Numbered from the stretch's first letter, positions 20,344-29,710 are shown. The stretch: DNA of 64,000 nt from an uncultured Spirochaetota bacterium (GCA_963768055.1 CAVYGN010000002.1:1568001-1632000); one strand, 5' to 3'. The notes: generated by a model not told the origin, from the letters alone. A program made the numbers and translations.

Positions 20344-20583
20344 TTATTTTACTCCTTTTAGAATATTTATGATCTGTTCTCTATTTAATACCCTTCCCGT
20401 GCTTTTGACAACACCGTCAACGGCAAGAGCAGGAGTCGACATCACACCATATTCCATAATTTTTCCAATATCAGTTACTTTTTCTATCTCCGCTTGGACT
20501 CCACTAGCCTTTATCGCTTCCTTAGCATTTGCTACCAGCTGTTTGCAATTCGGACAACCTGAACCTAAAATCTGAACCTTCAT
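20344..20583 (-). CDS. Small redox-active disulfide protein (MTH895/thioredoxin-like)
   Basis: ILGSGCPNC, YGVMSTPALAVDG. Confidence 0.9.
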   Translation of the reverse strand: MKVQILGSGCPNCKQLVANAKEAIKASGVQAEIEKVTDIGKIMEYGVMSTPALAVDGVVKSTGRVLNREQIINILKGVK

Positions 20584-20745
20584 AAATCACCTCTTTGGAT
20601 TAAATTTTCTCTTAAAAAAAAGCAACCGAGATACATTTTTCAGAAAATTACCGCATCGACATTATGATATATGTCTAATTATAAAATCAAATATTTGCTT
20701 TGTCAAATAATTTATTTTATAATTTCTATTAAGAGGTTATGTAAA

Positions 20746-21087
20746 ATGCGAGAGTTAGTCGATCTGCTTAAAGTTCTGGCCGATGAAAGCCGTCTAAAAA
20801 TTATTTTTGCATTGGAAAAGAAACCGGCTTGTGTATGCGAATTGGCTTTTTTTTTAAAGTTGACACAAGCTACTATTTCAAGCCATCTAAAGCAGCTGCG
20901 TCAAGCAGGATTAGTCGATTATAAAAAAGACGGTAAATGGGTAGAATATTTCCTGTCTGATAATGATACATTCCGTACTATGATGACACAGTTGAAACTA
21001 TATATACCTGATAGGGACAAATTTGATTATGAAATGAATAGAATCGTCGATATAAATCGTGATAACCTGAAAAAATTATCAAAATAA
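20746..21087 (+). CDS. ArsR-family regulator, divergent from the permease operon
   Basis: ACVCEL metal/arsenite motif, ISSHLKQL, DGKWVEY. Confidence 0.9.
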   Translation: MRELVDLLKVLADESRLKIIFALEKKPACVCELAFFLKLTQATISSHLKQLRQAGLVDYKKDGKWVEYFLSDNDTFRTMMTQLKLYIPDRDKFDYEMNRIVDINRDNLKKLSK

Positions 21088-21297
21088 TTTATCAGGATTT
21101 ATTTATGGCATCCTTTGAAAATATCAAACAAGTTTTGAAAAAACTGGACCTGTCCGAGAGAGCATGCTTAATCAAATCGACGAGCATTTCAGGGAATTGA
21201 TCCATAAAAAATCATTATTTGAGGTTCCATTGGCTCTATCAGAAAAAATATTTTATAGAATCAGAATCTTTTTTAAAATATATTTCCCATATTTTAC

Positions 21298-21323
21298 ATA
21301 GTATAGGATACCGGGTATACTAT
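21298..21323. promoter_or_regulatory. CsoR/RcnR-type operator
   Basis: ATAGTATA-GGATACCGGG-TATACTAT: AT-rich inverted arms around a G/C tract, just upstream of the repressor gene. Confidence 0.65.
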
Positions 21324-21339
21324 TCAAAGAGGTAATAAA

Positions 21340-21594
21340 ATGACAGAACGAAGAAAGGAGACTTTAAATCACATCAATAGAATTCAGGGGCAGCTTAAAA
21401 CGCTGGTTCGATACATTGAACAGGAAAAAGACTGTATTGATATTGCCATTCTGGCAACATCAATAGCTAAATCGATGGACTCATTAAGATTCAGAACTCT
21501 GGAAGGGTTTATCATAAACAATTTTATGGAAAACCCTAACGATGCTGAAAAAATAAAGGCGTTGAATGAATTGATTTCTCTATATAAAAAATAA
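21340..21594 (+). CDS. CsoR/RcnR/CstR-family repressor
   Basis: INRIQGQL...KDCIDI. Confidence 0.85.
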   Translation: MTERRKETLNHINRIQGQLKTLVRYIEQEKDCIDIAILATSIAKSMDSLRFRTLEGFIINNFMENPNDAEKIKALNELISLYKK

Positions 21595-21609
21595 TCGGAG
21601 ACTTGATAA

Positions 21610-21999
21610 ATGAGTTTCCCACTGTCAATCCCGATCCTAATATTAATCGGAATAATTTCAGGCATCGTGACCGGTTTTTTCGGACTGGCGGGAGGCTTGA
21701 TAATCATCCCGGCCCTGGTTTACTTAGCCGGATTTTCACAGCAAACGGCCGTGGGGACGAACCTGTTTGTCCTTCTATTGCCTGTCAGTATAGCATCGGT
21801 TATGGAATACTATCGCAACGGACATGTGGACATTAAAGCCGGCATTATTATAGCGATCTCTCTCCTTATTTCCGCATGGATATGCTCGAAAATAGCTCTA
21901 AAGATCAATACCGCTTATTTAAAATTTGCGTTCGGTTTGTTCGTAATAGTCATGGGTGCTTATATTTCATGGACGTCTTTTATTAAATTATCAAAATGA
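21610..21999 (+). CDS. TauE/SafE (TSUP) half-size permease
   Basis: GFFGLAGGLIIIPAL, AVGTNL. Confidence 0.85.
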   Translation: MSFPLSIPILILIGIISGIVTGFFGLAGGLIIIPALVYLAGFSQQTAVGTNLFVLLLPVSIASVMEYYRNGHVDIKAGIIIAISLLISAWICSKIALKINTAYLKFAFGLFVIVMGAYISWTSFIKLSK

Positions 22000-22035
22000 A
22001 TCATATTAAGAACTAAAAATTTCAGGAGGTGTAAG

Positions 22036-23310
22036 ATGAATAAAAAAGGAATAATCGCCAGGATTTTTGCCGATGGCGGGATAATAGTGTTTTTTATCAT
22101 GGCTTTTGAATTTATGATAATGATAAGCCCTTTCGCTTTTTTCTTTTACTCCGTTTTCAATCCGTTTTTTAACTTCCTGGGCCAATACACTTCTACAAGA
22201 TGGCTGACCTCCTTCTTTTTGCCGCATATGATATTGCCGCCGACCGTTTTCCTGAAAACCATCCGCGTAGCCGGTTCCTTTCTGTTTATCCTGGGGCTGA
22301 TGTCTTTTGTAGTATGCGCGCTGCAGGTATATCTGGGAAAGATTTTCAAATGGGGTATAGCCGACAAGGGGATATATAAAATAATCAGGCATCCTCAATA
22401 CCTTTCACTCGCTTTATGGGGCATCGGCATGAGCATATTGTGGCCTCGATTCATCGTCCTTGCCACTTTGTCGATCATGTTCATTCTTTATTATTTCCTT
22501 GCAGTAGACGAGGAACGCCGGATGTTGAATCAATACGGCGACAGCTATAAAAAATATATGGAAAATACCGGCATGTTTTTTCCGATGTTTATCGATAGAT
22601 GGTTTAAACCTATTGATACGCTAATCCCGAATAAAATCCTGAAAAATATAACGATTCCTCTTTCGCTCATAATCATCGTCATGGTATCAGGCTTCGCCCT
22701 TTATAATATTACCTTGAATTCCCTTGAAATCAAATCAATGAGAAATTTCAGCCTGGTATCGATGCTTCCGGAAGACTCCGTATTGATGTCGACCGTTGCC
22801 GATGAACTGGAAAAAGACCATAGCCAGGGTAAGATAGATCAATTAGAAGAAAACAAGGTTTACCTCGGCTATCTAATGCCGGTCGATTTCATTATGCAGG
22901 GTATGATAGCAGATACCGAGGAAAACTTTCATCTGTACAAACAGCATCATACCGTTTCTTTGATTAATGACTGGATTTTACATCCTTTTCAGCATTTGAG
23001 GGCGTCGCCTGTATTAAACATGGCTCTGATGAACCACGTTGATCCGGCTGTCGCAAGGAGGCATCATTGCCCCCTCGGCATAAACGACCAGTCCCTTAAT
23101 TGCAACGACTGTCCATACAGAAGGGTGATCTTTACCGAAATTCAAATCAACGGTACAAATCATATCCAGGGGGAACAGTTATTGGCTTTCGATACGATTA
23201 AAATACCATCGTTTTATGCTGATATTGATACAAGGACCGGTAAAATAATAAACCTGAAAGCTGTGAAAAAATCCACGGCCTGGGAAAATGTTCCCACCCC
23301 TGCTTATTGA
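22036..23310 (+). CDS. ICMT/PEMT-like membrane methyltransferase with Cys/His-rich C-terminal domain
   Basis: GIYKIIRHPQY and EERRM..YGDSYKKY motifs; C-terminal RRHHCPLG..CNDCPY. Confidence 0.75.
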   Translation: MNKKGIIARIFADGGIIVFFIMAFEFMIMISPFAFFFYSVFNPFFNFLGQYTSTRWLTSFFLPHMILPPTVFLKTIRVAGSFLFILGLMSFVVCALQVYLGKIFKWGIADKGIYKIIRHPQYLSLALWGIGMSILWPRFIVLATLSIMFILYYFLAVDEERRMLNQYGDSYKKYMENTGMFFPMFIDRWFKPIDTLIPNKILKNITIPLSLIIIVMVSGFALYNITLNSLEIKSMRNFSLVSMLPEDSVLMSTVADELEKDHSQGKIDQLEENKVYLGYLMPVDFIMQGMIADTEENFHLYKQHHTVSLINDWILHPFQHLRASPVLNMALMNHVDPAVARRHHCPLGINDQSLNCNDCPYRRVIFTEIQINGTNHIQGEQLLAFDTIKIPSFYADIDTRTGKIINLKAVKKSTAWENVPTPAY

Positions 23311-23369
23311 TCAACCTTAAAGAAAGATTTGAATTGAATATTATAAACTTAAGTGCCTTGAATTATTAA

Positions 23370-23405
23370 CTTAGCGCTATTTTTCCCGAATTCTGCGTTC
23401 ACCCC
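23370..23405 (-). repeat. Tn3-type terminal IR (36 bp)
   Basis: Reverse complement GGGGTGAACGCAGAATTCGGGAAAAATAGCGCTAAG; 110 bp from the CRISPR trailer. Confidence 0.8.
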
Positions 23406-23515
23406 TATTTGGGGTAACAACATCATAGCTGTAACCAGGGGCAAAGTAGCTTTCAATTAATCTACCGGATGATTTTTTTATGTTCCGTGAATTAAACATT
23501 CGGATTACCTTAATG

Positions 23516-24340
23516 GTTTCAATCCACGGGCCCGCGTGGGGCCCGACATCTGGGCGGCAATACCTCCGGTAAGGTAAACAGTTTCAATCCACGGGCCCGC
23601 GTGGGGCCCGACTTCTTTTCTTCGTTTTAGTCAATTTGGAGCCTGTAGTTTCAATCCACGGGCTCGCGTGGGGCCCGACTGATTATTTTGGCCTCTTGCC
23701 AATCAATTATTCAGGTTTCAATCCACGGGCTCGCGTGGGGCCCGACAGAACCTCTGACCAAGTGCTGTGCCGATTCCCCAGTTTCAATCCACGGGCTCGC
23801 GTGGGGCCCGACAGAACCTCTGACCAAGTGCTGTGCCGATTCCCCAGTTTCAATCCACGGGCTCGCGTGGGGCCCGACTTTAAAGGTGCTCCACATAATA
23901 CGCAGGATTCCGGTTTCAATCCACGGGCTCGCGTGGGGCCCGACTGAATAAGACGGTTATTCAGTGCAACAGTAATAGTTTCAATCCACGGGCTCGCGTG
24001 GGGCCCGACTCTTTAGCATCCATAAAAACACCTCCTTCTAAAATGTTTCAATCCACGGGCTCGCGTGGGGCCCGACCTTAGTCCGTTGGGATTCTGGATT
24101 GGCAATGTATTGTTTCAATCCACGGGCTCGCGTGGGGCCCGACATATTTTATTTGCGGAATCCGGTATAAATAACCGGTTTCAATCCACGGGCTCGCGTG
24201 GGGCCCGACTCAATACAGGATTATCAGCTGATCATAGGGGATGTTTCAATCCACGGGCTCGCGTGGGGCCCGACGTTGTACCAAATACGGGAGTTGCCGC
24301 TGAAGCCAGTTTCAATCCACGGGCTCGCGTGGGGCCCGAC
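23516..24340 (-). CRISPR. Type I-C CRISPR array, 13 repeats / 12 spacers (33-35 bp)
   Basis: Repeat GTCGGGCCCCACGCGAGCCCGTGGATTGAAAC (32 bp). Plus-strand starts: 23516, 23581, 23648, 23715, 23781, 23847, 23913, 23978, 24045, 24112, 24178, 24243, 24309. Confidence 0.98.
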
Positions 24341-24511
24341 TGTATCTCTATAAATTACTGATAGGATATCTAATTATAAATTCATTCCCGCGAACCGGCA
24401 ATCCAAGAACAAAATATAACCCCAGAGATACTGTTTATTTCAATAATTCACCACAGTTCTAACACCGCGATACTCCCGCTCTTATTATGTTTCCTATAGC
24501 TTCGCGGAAAC
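24341..24511 (-). promoter_or_regulatory. CRISPR leader
   Basis: AT-rich non-coding stretch between cas2 and the first repeat, with CGCGAA / TTCGCG motifs. Confidence 0.75.
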
Positions 24512-24799
24512 TCAAACCATCAATAATCCTTCCGGATCATAACTTTTTTTTGCCCCAATCTGTTCAACACGATTTTTCCAGTTTGCACCAAGGAAATAAA
24601 AACGAAGACTATCGAATTCCGGCTTAATTTCATCAATCAACTCTCGGCGTAATTTAGTCCACTGTGCAGGGTCTACCAGGCATTCAAATACAGAGTATTG
24701 TACACGCTGACCATGATTTTCACAGACTTTAGCTACATGCCTGAGTCTTTTCTTTCCGTGTTCATCCTCAGCTACATCGTAACTCACCAATACCATCAT
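24512..24799 (-). CDS. cas2: Cas2
   Basis: VLVSYDV, GQRVQYSVFEC, DSLRFYFLG. Confidence 0.97.
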   Translation of the reverse strand: MMVLVSYDVAEDEHGKKRLRHVAKVCENHGQRVQYSVFECLVDPAQWTKLRRELIDEIKPEFDSLRFYFLGANWKNRVEQIGAKKSYDPEGLLMV

Positions 24800-24805
24800 A
24801 ACCCG

Positions 24806-25837
24806 TTACCTCCATAAAAAAGGCGGATAACCGTCCAGATCGCCCCGGATATACCTGGCCAATAAAATTGCCTGGGTATGGAACAGCAGCCCGATATGCA
24901 TATCGTCATCCACAAACGGGTGATGAACCGCGTCCTGTTTTCGCTTCTGATAAGCTGCCAGAACTGTCTTTCTTGCAGAATTATTCATCAGCACAGCGCC
25001 GTTATCCAATACTTTAAATTGACCGGTCTCAATCTGCCTCAAATTGATAAGCGACAGTACCAGCCGGTCGGCAAAATAGGGCCTGAATTCTTCCATTAAA
25101 TCAAGGGCAAGCGAAAGCCTTCCAGGACGGTCGCGATGAAGAAATCCGACAGCAGGGTCCAGTCCGACACATTCCAGTGCAGATCTCATATCATGATAAA
25201 GAAGGGTATAGATAAAAGACAATAAAGCATTCACACGGTCCAGCGGCGGACGGCGGGAACGCTCGTGAAAGATAAAATCAGTCTTTTGTGCTACAATCAG
25301 TTCATTAAAAACACTGAAATAACGCCGGGCTGCGTCCCCTTCGATACCGCGCAGAATTTCCGGGTCACTGCTATTTTTTGCATGATCCATGGAACGTTCC
25401 AGCTCATTTACAGCATTCCGTAAAGTATCTTCATTGATTTTCCCGCTGTGATCGCGGAGGGCCCGTTGAAGGACCGTACGGCAATTAGAGATTTTCCCAA
25501 TGACAATATTGCGGACAATCGCGGAGCAATTTACCGGATCGTCAGTAATGCGGTATTGTGAACGCCGCAGAAGAACATTTCCGGAAACCGGGCCCTGTAC
25601 CCTAGCCAAAAATTTACCGTATTCTGATAGAAAGCTTATGCTTACACCGCATTTTGCGCACTGTCCAAGGAGAAAAGGGCTAATACCGATATTACCGAAA
25701 CAGACAATACCGGAAAGGTTGATTAGTGGAAGCTGGAGCTTGGTTTCTTTGCCCAATTTTACCACCAATGTTTCACCCTGCTTTTTCAGATACATCTTTT
25801 GTGTTGTTACAAACAGTGTATTCAGAAGCCTTTTCAT
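24806..25837 (-). CDS. cas1: Type I-C Cas1
   Basis: MKRLLNTLFVTT, LRGIEG, RSRRPPLD, LDLMEEFR, YPPFLWR. Confidence 0.97.
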   Translation of the reverse strand: MKRLLNTLFVTTQKMYLKKQGETLVVKLGKETKLQLPLINLSGIVCFGNIGISPFLLGQCAKCGVSISFLSEYGKFLARVQGPVSGNVLLRRSQYRITDDPVNCSAIVRNIVIGKISNCRTVLQRALRDHSGKINEDTLRNAVNELERSMDHAKNSSDPEILRGIEGDAARRYFSVFNELIVAQKTDFIFHERSRRPPLDRVNALLSFIYTLLYHDMRSALECVGLDPAVGFLHRDRPGRLSLALDLMEEFRPYFADRLVLSLINLRQIETGQFKVLDNGAVLMNNSARKTVLAAYQKRKQDAVHHPFVDDDMHIGLLFHTQAILLARYIRGDLDGYPPFLWR

Positions 25838-25838
25838 T

Positions 25839-26483
25839 CTAAACCCCCGGTCCTTCGGTTATTTCGGATTGGATCATCCGGTCCATATACCGGCCCACCT
25901 CTTTCTTCTTTCCCAATACTTCCGGCATACATTGTTCCTTCAATGAACAGGATTCACAACGTTTGGTATAAACGGGGGGCGGAGTTTTCCCACTTTCAAG
26001 CATTGTCCGTGTTTCGCGGATTACATTCTGAGTCAGTTTCCGCAAGGCTTCATCTAAGACAACACGCAACCTTTTTTTAATGCGGAAATAGTAGATAAAA
26101 CCCTCTTCAACTTTGCTGTGCAGCATTTCCTCTATACATAGGGCTTGCGCGCAAAGTTGAACGGTGTCCATGTCTTTCAGCTTAGGTTTTCCACGCTTGT
26201 ACTCCAGAGGAATAAATAGCCCTTCCGGCATCTCCATAACACAGTCTGCCTGACCTGTAATTCCCAATTCCAGCGACCGAAGCGGCATACCGAAAATTCT
26301 GCGGCAATCGGGCCTGGTCTCTACAGCGTTATGATGCGCTCTTTGATGTAAGCATCTTCCTTCTGCTGTTAGAGCATTTTCTAACCACTCGCCTTCAATA
26401 TGAATGAGTGCACATCGTCGGGGACAAAAAATATAATGAACAAGTGCAGAAATCATAATTAAATCCGATTCTATATAGGCCAT
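25839..26483 (-). CDS. cas4: Cas4
   Basis: FCPRRCAL, EYKRG, QLCAQALC, CESCSLKEQC Fe-S cluster. Confidence 0.97.
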   Translation of the reverse strand: MAYIESDLIMISALVHYIFCPRRCALIHIEGEWLENALTAEGRCLHQRAHHNAVETRPDCRRIFGMPLRSLELGITGQADCVMEMPEGLFIPLEYKRGKPKLKDMDTVQLCAQALCIEEMLHSKVEEGFIYYFRIKKRLRVVLDEALRKLTQNVIRETRTMLESGKTPPPVYTKRCESCSLKEQCMPEVLGKKKEVGRYMDRMIQSEITEGPGV

Positions 26484-26537
26484 ATATTGATCCCTCTTAT
26501 TCCAAAAATTTCATTCCATTTTTGTTGGAATCAAATG

Positions 26538-26821
26538 TTATACTATACTTAGTCCAGTTTTTTTCAGCATTTCATTATCAAGTATCCCTACCATAAACCC
26601 GATAAAACTATCATATTTATAATCCCATTTATATAAACCTGGTTTTTGCGAAAATTCTTGAATTCCTAATTCTTTAAGACGATATCCCCAAATCTGCACA
26701 GAGCCATTCTGAATATCTCTCCAATCAATAGATACATAATTTTCTATTTTTATGATGAGTGTTTTATCAACAACAACAATATAAGTATCATTACTAATCA
26801 CCTTAAATTCTTTTTCTACTT
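26538..26821 (-). pseudogene. Hypothetical ORF, probably 5'-truncated by Tn-C
   Basis: The frame (VEKEFKVISNDTY...) stays open from the annotated GTG up into the IR at 26822; no RBS. Confidence 0.45.
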
Positions 26822-26950
26822 GAGGTCAGCTCACGAAACGGAAATTTAACCACGCTAAGAATATGAAATATTATAACTGATTGAGATATTAAAAGTGGAT
26901 AATTCATTCACCAAATAATGTTAAAGATCCCACACAGATCCGGCCCAGTT

Positions 26951-27029
26951 GGGGTACTATCGGCATTTCCGACAAAAGTACCGCTAAGCCTGTTTTCTCA
27001 CAAAATTTTCTGAATTTTGTAGCGCTAAG
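26951..27029 (+). repeat. Tandem Tn3-type IRs (one intact, one degenerate)
   Basis: GGGGTACTATCGGCATTTCCGACAAAAGTACCGCTAAG (26951-26988), then a second 38-bp unit ending TTGTAGCGCTAAG (26992-27029). Confidence 0.7.
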
Positions 27030-27114
27030 CAATATTTCCAAGATTTAAAGGCCTCAAATCGTCGGCTTCGGTTTCTTTTTGAACATTGAAGTTGTAATCT
27101 CCGAGAAAATTAAT
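27025..27114 (-). pseudogene. 3' remnant of a further Tn3 transposase
   Basis: Manual translation INFLGDYNFNVQKETEADDLRPLNLGNIA*, comparable to HINLTGDYSW...FRRL of tnpA-C; the stop overlaps the IR. Confidence 0.7.
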
Positions 27115-27214
27115 GGCAGATTTCCCCGGCTGTCCAGGACGATGGGTCGCCGCCACGAAGGAGACGGCAAAGGTAATCAATCATCTGCACCTGCGGCCCT
27201 TCGGGCACAAGCAC

Positions 27215-28231
27215 TCAAGGGCGCACAACCCGGAAGCTGAAATCGTTGATACTGTCAGACGGGAATTGGTTGCCGCGAAAGGTAAGACTGGCTTCAGACG
27301 CATCGTTACCGTTGCCGTAACTGCTACCGCGTATGACGCGGGAAAAGCCCGAAGCCCATGCCTGCCCGCTAAAGCCGGTAGGATCGATAAGCGAACCCGT
27401 ATACGGAAAAGTTCCAAACATCGTAGTCGAATCCCACGCATCCCAGCACCATTGCCATACATTCTCGCTCATGTCGTAAAGGCCGAGTTCGTTGGGAAGC
27501 AATAACCCGACACCTTCCGCTGATGAGTGTGAGGCCGGAGGACCCCAGGCGTAACTATTGATATAGGTATAAGCGTTTCCCGGTTCTTGACTACCCGCAT
27601 AGCCCTTGGAGTAGCCGTTCATGTTCGTCCCCCCGACAATATCGCCGGCCCGGGTGTCGTTGGTCGCCCCCATCGCCGCCCACATATATTCCAACTCCGT
27701 AGGCAGGCGGTATCCGTTTGCCGACCAGTTTACCTGAACCGCATCCCATGTAGCATTATCCGACGTCGGTATTGTACCCCAGACGGAAGGAGACATGCTG
27801 CCGTTAATGGTATATACCGGGGTCAGGCCTTCTGCTATACTAAGATCGTTGCAGAACACAAGTGCCTCGTACCATGTAACATTTTCAACCGGGTGATTGT
27901 ACACGGAAGAATCATGGCTTGGGTCCGTAATCCCTGTTACATTTTGGAATTCTGTGCCGGTGATATCGTTTTTGCTCATATGAAAAGCCGCCGATATAGT
28001 ACAAACGTCGCCCGCCGTTCCGTCATACTGAAAGGCGCCGGCGGGAACATAGATCAATGTTCCGATATTCGGAGATGTATAATTGGTCGCTGTTGAAGGT
28101 TCACTGGAAGATGACGAAGTACTACTGCTTGAACTACCGAATGTGTTTCCAAGATCGGGCGGCTCTATGAGGGCGCAGGAAACTACAACGGCAGTTAAAA
28201 ATATGGCCGATAATAAAACATATTTTTTCAT
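27215..28231 (-). CDS. Lipoprotein with FGE-sulfatase (C-type lectin fold) domain
   Basis: GGAGG RBS, MKKYVLL...VVVSC lipobox, Ser-rich linker, HPVENVTWY, YRLPTE, PNELGLYDMSENVWQWCWD, FRVVRP. Confidence 0.88.
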   Translation of the reverse strand: MKKYVLLSAIFLTAVVVSCALIEPPDLGNTFGSSSSSTSSSSSEPSTATNYTSPNIGTLIYVPAGAFQYDGTAGDVCTISAAFHMSKNDITGTEFQNVTGITDPSHDSSVYNHPVENVTWYEALVFCNDLSIAEGLTPVYTINGSMSPSVWGTIPTSDNATWDAVQVNWSANGYRLPTELEYMWAAMGATNDTRAGDIVGGTNMNGYSKGYAGSQEPGNAYTYINSYAWGPPASHSSAEGVGLLLPNELGLYDMSENVWQWCWDAWDSTTMFGTFPYTGSLIDPTGFSGQAWASGFSRVIRGSSYGNGNDASEASLTFRGNQFPSDSINDFSFRVVRP

Positions 28232-28242
28232 GCATTTTCCTC

Positions 28243-29553
28243 CTATATCCTGACGCCGATGCTCAGCATTGGATATATCTGTAAACTCGGCGATATTCCG
28301 CACCTCACTCCGCCGCCGATAAAAAATCCTCCCCATGACAATTCGAGCTTCAGGACCGGAGATATAATGATCGGAGATGAAAAATAAGAGAACGCCGAGG
28401 CGTCCACCCAGACCCTGAAATCGCCGGATTTCAGGAAAGAGAAAGCGATCCCCGCTTCGGCTTCCGGCACTATCCCTTCGCCCGGATAATAAATGGCTCC
28501 TCCCTCGGCGAAAGCCCTGAAGCTGTCGGTGAAATACCAGCCGAAACCCGCTTCGCCTCCGAGCCCGCCTTCCAGAAGCTCGACAGGGAAATAGAACTGC
28601 CTACCTCCCAATGAAAACTCGACCGGAAGCGTCTTCCCTTCCCCGACCGTCACGGTTCTCGTATCTATGATCTTATTGTCCTTTTCTATACGGATTGTAT
28701 GGTTCGTATCTGATTTAAGGTTATTTATGACAATCTCGCCGCTTTTTTCAGTCTCGCCGGCAAACACGTCGTCGGCGAAAACCTTTATTCCTGGCGCGCC
28801 AATCCTCACGTCGACGGTGCCGGAGGGGGTGTATGTAATGATCCTGTCCTCGCCGTCTTTTAGGGTAACCGTTTTATGATAAACTTCCTGCTCGTTTTCC
28901 GCCAGTGTAAGCGATATTTCAAGTGGTTCGTCCCCGGCTTCGTTTTCCCTGAAGCCGTCATTTCTTGTGATCTTTTTCCGGAAAACCTTGTTTATAGTCA
29001 GGTTATAAGTCGAATCGGATGAAATATCAACCTCCAGGCTTCCCATTGTCACTGTATGTCCGACCAGTTCGCTCGATATGTTCCGTATGAGTTTATCTAT
29101 AGTGTCGAAGATGCCGGCGCCCGAATCGCCCGAATAGTCCCTTTTCAGCTTGAGCTCGGCGGTAGCGGGGTCATAAACATAAACGGTGATCTTTATCGTG
29201 CCGTTCTTTTTATTGACTTTATAAGTCCCCGTTACCACTTGCTTTACAGCGAGGTCGAGCCCCATTTCCACGGCGGTATCGACGTCGAGGTCTTTGGACT
29301 GCCAGAAATTTTTTTCAAGGGCAAGTTTTTCCATCGCCTCATAGGATGTAACCTTTGTTCCGCTGATATTTCCCAGGAAGGTTATGAGCGATTTGCTGAT
29401 GACTTTATTTATCGAATCGTCAGTTTTATCGCCCTGGTTGATAAACCCTACTACGGCTATGGTTTTAACATCCCCCACCTGCGCGGTCGATAAGTCTGGA
29501 AGACTAAAACAAATTGAGAAAAACAGTGAAATAAACAGGACATACTTTTTCAT
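28243..29553 (-). CDS. Exported protein: TolB-N/CsgG-like domain, PEGA-like repeats, C-terminal beta-barrel-like region
   Basis: Signal peptide, IAVVGFINQG, VVTGTY, alternating aromatic beta strands at the C-terminus. Confidence 0.6.
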   Translation of the reverse strand: MKKYVLFISLFFSICFSLPDLSTAQVGDVKTIAVVGFINQGDKTDDSINKVISKSLITFLGNISGTKVTSYEAMEKLALEKNFWQSKDLDVDTAVEMGLDLAVKQVVTGTYKVNKKNGTIKITVYVYDPATAELKLKRDYSGDSGAGIFDTIDKLIRNISSELVGHTVTMGSLEVDISSDSTYNLTINKVFRKKITRNDGFRENEAGDEPLEISLTLAENEQEVYHKTVTLKDGEDRIITYTPSGTVDVRIGAPGIKVFADDVFAGETEKSGEIVINNLKSDTNHTIRIEKDNKIIDTRTVTVGEGKTLPVEFSLGGRQFYFPVELLEGGLGGEAGFGWYFTDSFRAFAEGGAIYYPGEGIVPEAEAGIAFSFLKSGDFRVWVDASAFSYFSSPIIISPVLKLELSWGGFFIGGGVRCGISPSLQIYPMLSIGVRI

Positions 29554-29710
29554 TAAAACCCCCCGCTCGAATTAAAAAGTAATAAAGACATCGGAAAACC
29601 AAAAGTTTTTTTTCATGTTTGTCCCTCATTGTGTTTTTTATATCCGTTATTAGCTACCTTTCATTATTGATAATATTTTATTGAATCATATAATAATAAT
29701 CAAACAAATT

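Noticed and set aside
23636..24361. ORFs across the CRISPR array
   Set aside because: They are translations of repeats and spacers.
27115..27186. DGR template repeat (RLLRGG-like stretch)
   Set aside because: Too short, not AAC-rich, and does not align along the putative variable region.
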